Positions 55,482-64,000 of a DNA stretch of 64,000 nucleotides are shown one piece after another. The stretch's first letter is position 1. The number at the start of each line of letters is the position of its first letter. Source of the stretch: Eledone cirrhosa (Eukaryota); contig OZ024741.1 in the NCBI GenBank assembly GCA_964016885.1, forward strand, positions 159,898,001 through 159,962,000. Reading direction: 5' to 3'. A program made the position numbers and the translations under genes. Below the pieces are notes generated by a model. The model did not search any database, was not told where the DNA came from, and saw nothing but the letters and a program-made list of their open reading frames with translations.

Positions 55482-55870
55482 TTCCAAATATTAACAAAAT
55501 AGATATTCTTGTGATCAATTATATTTTATTATGCATATTTCAGAGGTACTGAATTAAGTTCAACAGTACGTCCTCATCAGATAAAATAAAATGATACATG
55601 AAATACCCTGACATGGTAGATGGTTAAGATTTAATCAAGGTAGTCAGGGTATGTCATGTATCATTTTATTTTATCTGATGAGGACGTACTGTTGAACTTA
55701 ATTCAGTACCTCTGAAATATGTATAATAAAATATAATTGATCACAAGAATATCTATTTTGTTAATATTTGGAATTAATATTAATAACTCCGGAAAATATT
55801 TTCTGTAGAGTGCTTCCAATCTATTGTAAAACTCATTCTTTGATGTACTCATTGAATCTTGTTTAACTCT
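55476..55870 (+). mobile_element. Fold-back mini-element (arms 55476-55612 / 55643-55780) with hammerhead-like motifs (55525-55591 minus, 55665-55731 plus) and tail
   Basis: CTGATGA-ggacgtactg...cagtacctc-t-GAAA. ACTC...GAGT hairpin at 55786-55811. Confidence 0.85.
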
Positions 55871-56306
55871 TAAATATATATATATAAGGGATAACAAAAT
55901 ATCGTTTTAGGTAATCCAGTTAGAGGTTGTGAATACTTCGTAGTGTGGATAGTTTTAGCGTACGGCGTTGTTTGACTCAACAAGAGGTTTCCGTAGACAA
56001 CTTAATCAGTGAAACAATTGTTAATACTGTAAATAAAACACTTTTTTGTACTGTTGACCATGTTATTCTTCACTCTTTCAATATATATATATATATTAGA
56101 AAGTGAGGTTTTTTTTATAAAATGAAAAATAACCGAGGTGTCCTACACGAGTGAAAGTATAAAGAAAAAAAGATGAAATCGAAAATGCAACTGAGTCTTA
56201 TTTTTAAAAATATATATATATTACCGGTTTCGCAGTTCTTCTGCTTTTCAAAAGTAGAGTTGAGATGGAGGTTTTTCTGTGGTTTTTCTCACATATATAT
56301 ATATAT

Positions 56307-58656
56307 GTAGATAAATCTACCAAAATTTACGGTAGTGTCCAATCCGTATGAAGAACTCAATGTAATCCAAATATCATGAAAAGAGATGTATTCAAAATAT
56401 CTTTCGATGAAAAACACAGGAAAACAGAGTCAAGATAAATTAATAAAAACAAAGAAACAGTTCCTTATATTAAAAAATTCATCATTTTACGATCGTTTCT
56501 AGGATATATATATCTGTGTGTTGGTATGTATATCATATAGATCTATGTAAAAGTTTTACAAACTATCAGAGGGAATATACATACCTACACATATATATGC
56601 TGTCTTCAGAAATAATGATATTTGTTTATTGAAAAAAACCAACAAAGATTTAATATAATAGGTATGTTTGGGAACAGGTTTTGAATTGACCAATAGAAAA
56701 GTAGTAAGTGGTCAAGTTGATAGAATAGTAGTAGTAGAAATTTAATTTAGGGGAATGCAGACTTTAGGAATGCAGACTTCAGTTTTGAATGGAAATAGTA
56801 TTTTGAATGAAAAGATTACTTTGGGGATGAAAATAGGTCAAGCCGGTAAAAGGTACACGAAAATTTGATGTTATTAAAGAACAATGCTAATGTTAAAATC
56901 TAAGGAGAATAAAATTTTACTATAAATGTGTTAGTGAAAAATATCAATCTTATTTAAAACATAAGGAATATAGATCTATAAAAATAATAAAATTAATTTA
57001 ATTGATAGGTATATTTATAGGGATAAATTTATATTAATTCATATAGATATGATAAGTAAGAGTTAGATGTTATTAAAGAATGCTGTTAAAAACGAAAGAA
57101 AAATGTTTTTTTTGGGGGGGAGGGATAAATGTATTAGTGAGAAATAACAAACTTATATAGATTATAAGGAATTTAGATTCATAACAAGAAATTAAAATAG
57201 TTTATATGTATACTTATTGGTATAAATTTTAGGAAAAGATAGCTGTAAAAGGGAAATAAAATTATGCAGTACTTAGTAGTAGAATATTAATTATAGGTTA
57301 ACTAATTTAAAAAAAATTTAATTATAATAATTTGTAAAATATAAGTGTATATTAATTAGGTTTATAATATTTGAAAGTTTTTCTAATTCTATGATTACAT
57401 GATATAATTAATTCTTGTCGCTTATTTAATAGGATATCCTTAGATTTCATTATTTCAAAAAGTTCCTGGGAACATAATCTACATTCATATCTATTATTTT
57501 GATAAGGAGTGGCCCTTTTGAGCACACTCTAGGTCAAGTTATAATTGATATTCTTTTTTCTATAATTCTATAATTATTAATTATTTCAGCTAAGGATGTT
57601 GTATTAGCTAATGCGGCATTTTTAAAACTGTGTTTTTGGGGTATTAAATCTTACTTTAAATTAGTTAGAAGTAGCTCCTATATATGAATAAGTTGAGTCC
57701 TTAGTGCTAATGTTACATTTATATACTATGTTATTAATAAGGCAATTTCCTTTTAATGGACAATTTGCTTTGTTTCTACAGTTACAACCTTTCGTGAATG
57801 TTATATCAGGGGAGTTAGTCAAATTAGGTGTGGAATTTTCTCGACTTGTATGTGAATGAGATGGTGGTTTGCTGTGGTTTATTTTAGTATTATGGTTAGT
57901 TTGATGCATTGGTGGTATATTCGTGTTTTTTTTTTACATTTATATGCATTGTAGGCACTTATATTTTGTTGTATACTTTTGGTTGTTGAGTAGGAGAATT
58001 TGACCGTTGATCTATTTAAAATTTGATTGTATTTATGGTTTGGCGGGAAGTTTTTCTCTAGGATAGTAAAACACTTTTTAGGTATTTTATCTTTAATTTG
58101 TAGATTAAATGGAGTATTATACCAAGTAACTCGTCTATTACGGTTTCGATGTTGTTTTTTATTATTATATGATGTATCCTGATGTTTACTAAGAGAATTA
58201 GTATTAGTGATTTTATTTTTGGTGTTTTAGCCTGATTATTAGGAATTTTGTTAACATATATTGGAATATTAGGATGAATGGTTTTTTGAAAGTTATTATA
58301 TTGTATATTAGAAGAGGTAGAGAAATTAAGTTTTAAGTTGGTATTTTTGGATATAGTGTGAGTGGTATTTAGGTATATATATTTAATTTGGTGTTTGTTG
58401 GTAATATTGGGTTGTATATTTGTAGTATTTTTGGTACAAGATATATATACTAATTTGTTTTTGTGGTCGCTTCTAGCTAAAGCTTCGATATAAAAGGTCG
58501 CATTTTTATCGAATACATCTTGGTTAGATGAAAGGTTAAAAATTCTGAGTGAGATATTATATGCTAGGTTTTTAAGGATAGATTTAGGCTGATTAGATTT
58601 TGAGTGTATGTAATGTAAGTTTTGGTTAGGTTTATGGTAAGGTTGGTAGATACCCG
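56307..58656 (-). mobile_element. Second, more degenerate copy of the 3' half of the 50.6-kb PLE, in inverted orientation
   Basis: TGIYQPYHKPNQNLHYIHS, CNCRNKANCPLKGNCL, YIGATSN on the minus strand; homologous UTR. Confidence 0.9.
56479..56618 (-). ncRNA. Long-helix-II hammerhead motif
   Basis: Reverse complement homologue of 54050-54187. Confidence 0.72.
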
Positions 58657-58873
58657 TTGGTTTTTTCATGGTTGTTTCTATGTCTCTCATAATTATTCCT
58701 GTCTGTTTCCACTGGCTCATTGTTATTATCTACTCTATTTTGTGTGTCTGTGTGTTCGTCTTGGTTATTATCTTTGTCCATAGTCTCCCTTCTCCTTTTA
58801 ATCCTATTACTTTCCCTTATTTCTGTGATTTCTGTGCTACTGTCATTATTTGTTTTCTGTGTGGTGGTGATGG

Positions 58874-59057
58874 TTTGGCAGTATCGTTAGAGGGTCGGAC
58901 AACATGCTTTGTAGCACAGAGTTACGCTCCTTTCTGATCTGAGTTCAAATCCTACCGAGGTTAACTTTGCCTTTCATCCTTATGGGGTCGATAAAATAAA
59001 GTACCAGTAATGCACTGAGTAATTGCTGGCCTTGTGTCAAAAGTAGAAACAATTATT
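58874..59057 (+). mobile_element. tRNA-derived SINE
   Basis: Same family as 39417-39592. Confidence 0.85.
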
Positions 59058-59339
59058 TGTTTTCTGTGTCTGTGTGTTTGTTAAGATTGTGGTGGTGGTG
59101 AGAGGCATTGAATGTGTGTGTGTTGTTGTTGTTGATGTGTGCTGTTGTTGATGTGTGTTGTTGTTGTTGTCTCCGTTTGTGTTATTATTGTTGTGTGTTG
59201 TTATTGTTGTTTGTGTCTGCGTGTGTGTTATTGTTGTTTCTGGGTATGTTATTATTGTTGGTGTGTGTGTTGTTGTTATTGTTGTTTGTGTCTGTGTGTC
59301 TGTTGTTGTTGGAATGTGTGTTGTATATGTTGTTACTTT

Positions 59340-61490
59340 TGTTTTTGTTTTTGTTTTTGAGGCTCCAACGTAATTTTGTAAATGATTTTTCTATTTCTGA
59401 CAGACAACTAATCATATTTACCTTCTTGAATGTCGCAAATTTCGGTGGTAGAAGTAATACGGATAATTCATCAGGGTCTATTGCCGTATTGCCGTATATA
59501 TTTGTGTTGTTATTGTTGCTGAATTCATCTGTTAATGAGGTGTCGGCCATATTTATACCGTCAATTTTGTCGGGATATCTATTGGTATTCTCTACAGTAT
59601 CCTGATTTAGTTTTGTCTGCTTAAGCCACTTTAGTTTTTTGTTAAAGTGCTTATCACATTCTTGAGCAATGTACTGTTCTTCACGACGTATAAGGCTTAT
59701 AAATATTAGTTTCTCTCTTGGTGTGGTGATCCTAGCTATTTCTTGTATTAGGTTACACTTATGTTTTTCTTGATGACTTAATTCTCTATAGATCTTCTTT
59801 TTTATGTTTAGAATTAGTGTTCGTTTTAGCCTATCTGCTTGCTTTTTGGTGAGTTGTAATCTTCTTACGTCGGTGTTGATGGTGTTGGTGTAAACTCGGG
59901 ACGAGGCACATTCTTTTATGAAGTGTAGTTGTCGAGATGTTATGGTTTTTCGTAGACAACAGAACATGGTGGTTTTCAGTATCTTGTTAGCCTGGCTAAG
60001 GCTTACGATATTTCGTTTCTGAATTTGTTTAGCAAGATTCTTTATCTGAAATCGTGTGTTGAAACCGATATTGTTATACTTTGGGAGGGTCATGTTGCCA
60101 ATAAGAAACACACGCACCAGTTGCTTTCACTTCAATTTATTATAATAAATTTATAAATTTAGGAATTTATAAATTTATAAATTTCTGGTTGGTTGGTTGG
60201 TTCCATAACCAGATAGTTGTTTATATATTGTCAAAGTTCTTTCGTCACACATTCTGTGACCTCATCAGTGACTGGGGATTCTTTTCTTTGTTTTTGTGCC
60301 TCTCCTTTGTTCTGTCCTACGCCATTTTGTATCTGTGTGTGTGCTGTGTGCTCAGTCTGCGCATGCGCCACATCCGGGTGTCTGTGTGTGTTTATATTTG
60401 TTTATTTATTTGTTTATTTACATGTTACCGGTTGGTTGTTTGTTCTATGTGTGTGTGTATTTTCATTTTGTCCTTAATTGTAAGTTGTGATATTGCTGTT
60501 CCACTCATATTTTCTATTTAATTTTGGTTGTAATTCTTTTATGTTTATTGCCTCTGTGATTTGTCTAAACATTGCGTCTTTTCTGTGTGTAGATTCTATT
60601 TTTATTTCTATGTTCTCTAATTTACCCTTATGTTCTATTTTAGCATGTTGGTAGAGTACAGATGATTCTTTACTATCTTGAAGGTCTCGCCAGTGTTCAT
60701 TTATCCGTTCCCCTACACTACGGGCTGTCTCACCTATGTACACTATATTTTTGTCTCTACATTGTCCTTCAGTACATCTTATGCTATACACTACATTTCT
60801 AGTTTTACAGTTAATATGGGGGCTTATTTTACAGGTTATACATTTCTTATCTATACAGGGGGTCTTTGAAAAGGGTATGTCTTGCTAATAAGTGTTTTTG
60901 CGGAGGTACCTGGTCTTTCTACTATCTTAATATTGAGTTTATGTTTATCTAGGGCCCTTCTAGATTTGTAAGCTAATTCACCTCTCGGGGTTGTATCGAT
61001 GAACATTACACTCTGGTATTTATTCCTATCATACCATGAGTTTATTCTATTAGCCTTATTCCTAGTTCTTTCTATTCTATTCCAAAATTTGCTCCTATAC
61101 AAGGGGCAGGTCCCATTTGTGTCATTATTTACCATTTTTTTCCCATTTGGTTCTGGCTCCTCTATACACTCTGATTTTATCTCTATGATTGTAACCAGAG
61201 AACTGCATACGGTGGATGAAGTGTTGTATGTGTCTCTCTAGTTCTTCGGGGTTGCACATGCGGGACACGTTTCTCATCACCCGTACCAAATCCGCAATCA
61301 GTATGCTGATTTTGGTATGGTCCGAAACAGCCGAGTTTCGGTGGATCAGATGTTTGGAAGTCATGGGTTTGGCATAATGGGAATGGAGGATTTGTTTTTT
61401 GTTATTAATGGTATCTAACCAGAGCTCTGTGTCTAGTACAGGTAATCGATGGTTGGGGTGTTTACTTGGGTAGTCTATAGTAACTCTAAT
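59340..61490 (-). mobile_element. Partial-tandem PLE (Naiad-like): RT thumb + GIY-YIG, terminal repeat with hammerhead, then the N-terminus of the next copy
   Basis: DYPSKH..RLPVLD..W..HYAKPM, FSGY; CxxxxCxxC...C linker; VYSI.C....C....YIGETARS..ERINEH. Downstream ORF with DELSVLLLPPKF..EIEKSFTKLRW. Confidence 0.85.
60230..60272 (-). ncRNA. Minimal type I hammerhead motif
   Basis: Minus strand reads gtca-CTGATGA-g-gtcac/gtgac-GAAAG-aa-CTT-tgac. Confidence 0.82.
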
Positions 61491-61554
<64 letters not shown>

Positions 61555-61779
61555 CCGAAATCTATCATTTTACTGTATCGTTTCCCTGTGTTAATGTTTT
61601 TTTTTTCGTGTTGGCTTTTTGCATACATATACATGTGTCCGAAACGTTAAGACTCTTTTCCTATTATTTCAAACGTTAAACTAATATATATCTTTCTTGT
61701 ACTGCCTCATTTGGTTTGTTATTTCTGTTTACTTTCTACACACACACACACATATATATATATATGTTAATGTGTACAC

Positions 61780-61857
<78 letters not shown>

Positions 61858-62189
61858 TATGTTGGTCAATGATAGTAAAAACACGAGGTTAATTAATCCA
61901 TTAGATTTGACAGCTATCCTCAAATGGAAGAAATAATAAAAAAAGGTTTTGCATTAACTAAATTGTGGAAATGTCCTGGAATAGGTGGGTTTCTTAAAGC
62001 TGATGGAAATGGCATGGTCATTAGGCTTGATAGAATAATTAAACATTTTGGTCTACAGAAACATTCCCTAAGGAATGAATCGCTTAAACCTTTGTATCAC
62101 TCTTTCAGATTGGTACACGTAATGTGTGTGGAAATGTTCGTTGACATTTTTGCTGATGTTGTCATAAAGTCTTAGTACACATCATATTA

Positions 62190-63310
62190 AGTCGTATTAT
62201 CAAACTTGTTACATCAATCTCCACATCAGAATCTCAATGTGGTTTTCTCCTAATAGAGGTACAACTGGTGTGGTTTTTACTACCCGACAGTTACAAGAAG
62301 AATGCATAAAGCAAAGTTTGGGCTGTATCATTGCTTTATAGACCTCACAAAAGCTTTTTATTCTGTTAATATAACAGTGTTACAGTTTATGTTAAAAAAG
62401 TTTGGTTGTCTTGATAAAATTATATATATATATTAATAGCTAGAAGCATTTATGATGGAATGAAAGTGCACATTAATTGTGGCTTTGCAGTCATAACTTG
62501 ATGCCTCTATCTTATTTGTGATTTGTTTTGCAGCTATTACTCAAACTGTTCTTAAAGATAACAAAGAAGAAATACGCATACGATACGGTTTCTGATGGAA
62601 AACATTTAAATTTATCTCGACTAAGGACCAAAATATAAACATTTTGTCCCCTGTAAGAGACCTTCTTTACCAAGATGTTGCAGACCTTCAATCATTTATT
62701 CCATCCTTTATTCTGCCATTGATACATTCGAACTTTTTATAAATTTGAAGCAGACAGTGGTTATGTATCAGCCAGCTCTCATTATAATTGTAAAGGGCAA
62801 AAACATTGAATGCAGTTGGCAAATTTGTATATTCTGGTTGTGCACACGCTCAGTCTGGTTCACTAGATAATGAGATTCCTTTTAAGGATACAAAAAACGT
62901 TTTTTAAAACTCTTTTTGCAATGCGTTTGGGAAATCCTTTTGCAATGCGTTTGGGAAACTCAAACAGTGTGCCTGGGATCAACATGTAATTAAACTAGAT
63001 ACATGGATTATGGTATACTGTGCTTTTGTCTTAACCCCACTTCTTCACTGCTCTGAGATCTGGACTACACATCTGCAACATATAAACATATTGGAAAATT
63101 TTCATCAGAACTGCCTCTGAAAAATCCTTGATATATCCTGGAAACCTCTCACTCCAGATACAACCATTCTCAAGAGAACAAATATAAGTTCTATAGAGTC
63201 ATATATTAGGCTTAGTCGGCTAAGATGGTCAGGACAACTTGTTTGTCTTTTTGATAGGCGCATTCTTAAACAACTTCTCTACGGTGAACTAAAGCAGAGT
63301 GCGAAGAACT
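62190..63310 (+). pseudogene. Highly degenerate RTE-like LINE reverse transcriptase
   Basis: ESQCGF..RGTT..VFT.RQLQE, FIDLTKAF, ETW/EIWT..FHQNCL.KIL.ISW, RLRWSG, ILKQLLYGEL. Confidence 0.8.
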
Positions 63311-63377
63311 TTGAACGAGTTAGATATAATGAAATTGAAAGGACTGTGAGAAAGCAGGACATATCTCACCTTGCTGG

Positions 63378-63522
63378 AAACAATTGTTTCTACTTTTTGT
63401 CACAAAGCCAGCAATTACCCAGTGCATTATTGGTACTTTATTTTAAGGATGAAAGGTAAAGTCAACCTCAGCGGGGTTTGAACTCAGATCGTTAAGGGAC
63501 GTAACTATGCTGGAAAGCATGG
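63378..63522 (-). mobile_element. tRNA-derived SINE fragment
   Basis: Reverse complement of the 39417 family. Confidence 0.78.
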
Positions 63523-63894
63523 CACCTTGCTGCAAATAATGATCTTACATTTACACTGTGTGTGTGTGTGTGTGTATGTGTGTGTGTGTATGTGTGCGTT
63601 AGCTTAACGTAATCTGCTTCAACACAGATTTTTTCATTATGAAAAATAGTTGACGAACAGGTTGGGCATATAAGACCCTAGAAACGGAAAAGTGGATAGC
63701 AACGCCAGCGCGACCCAAACTCACACCTACAGTATGCTGGATGACTGCACTACCACCAGGAAAAGTGAGTCTGACCATTTTCCCGTCATTTTGAAGCGAT
63801 ATCTACCGGCTAGTAGATTTAAACAATGAATCGTATTCAAAATGCGTTGAGCAAATTTGTTTAACGATTCGTAAGAACGCTTGATTCTTTTGTT

Positions 63895-63926
<32 letters not shown>

Positions 63927-64000
63927 TTATCTATCTATCTATGAATGCGCTCAGGCGCTCACAGTCCTGTGGCAAGCGGGCGCAGCAATCAGTGGAGACT

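Noticed and set aside
60770-60870. In-frame TGA (selenocysteine) in the Naiad-like Cys linker
   Set aside because: All linker Cys codons read TGT; the ORF break is a frameshift near 60860, not a TGA.

Overview
AT-rich eukaryotic repeat region with no recognisable host gene. The tRNA-derived SINE family and dense (TA)n/(CA)n tracts suggest an octopod cephalopod (inference). Bases 1-12.5 kb are two abutting satellites: a 9-bp AAAATTCCT array punctuated by a conserved ~50-bp cassette, then a 20-bp TTTGGGTGATCCATTTTTTA array with higher-order structure. The rest is dominated by Penelope-like retroelements (PLEs: RT + GIY-YIG remnants of at least three types) and their non-coding derivatives. Most are arranged as inverted repeats between (TA)n tracts and together carry about 30 type I hammerhead ribozyme motifs, read by eye. 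Also present: a Chapaev-like DNA transposon, a Tc1/mariner fragment, RTE-like LINE fragments and SINEs. Main observations: (i) a shared architecture across unrelated families, in which an inverted copy stops a few nt short of an RCTC...GAGY hairpin; (ii) hammerheads with a ~100-nt helix II, or with U3-A8 or U4C cores; (iii) a 444-bp retrozyme-like unit; (iv) a T TTT TTA -1 slippery site joining an upstream ORF to a PLE RT frame; (v) a satellite cassette matching a PLE terminal repeat. Coordinates were read manually and may be off by a few bases. Clade names are from motif recall, not database searches.
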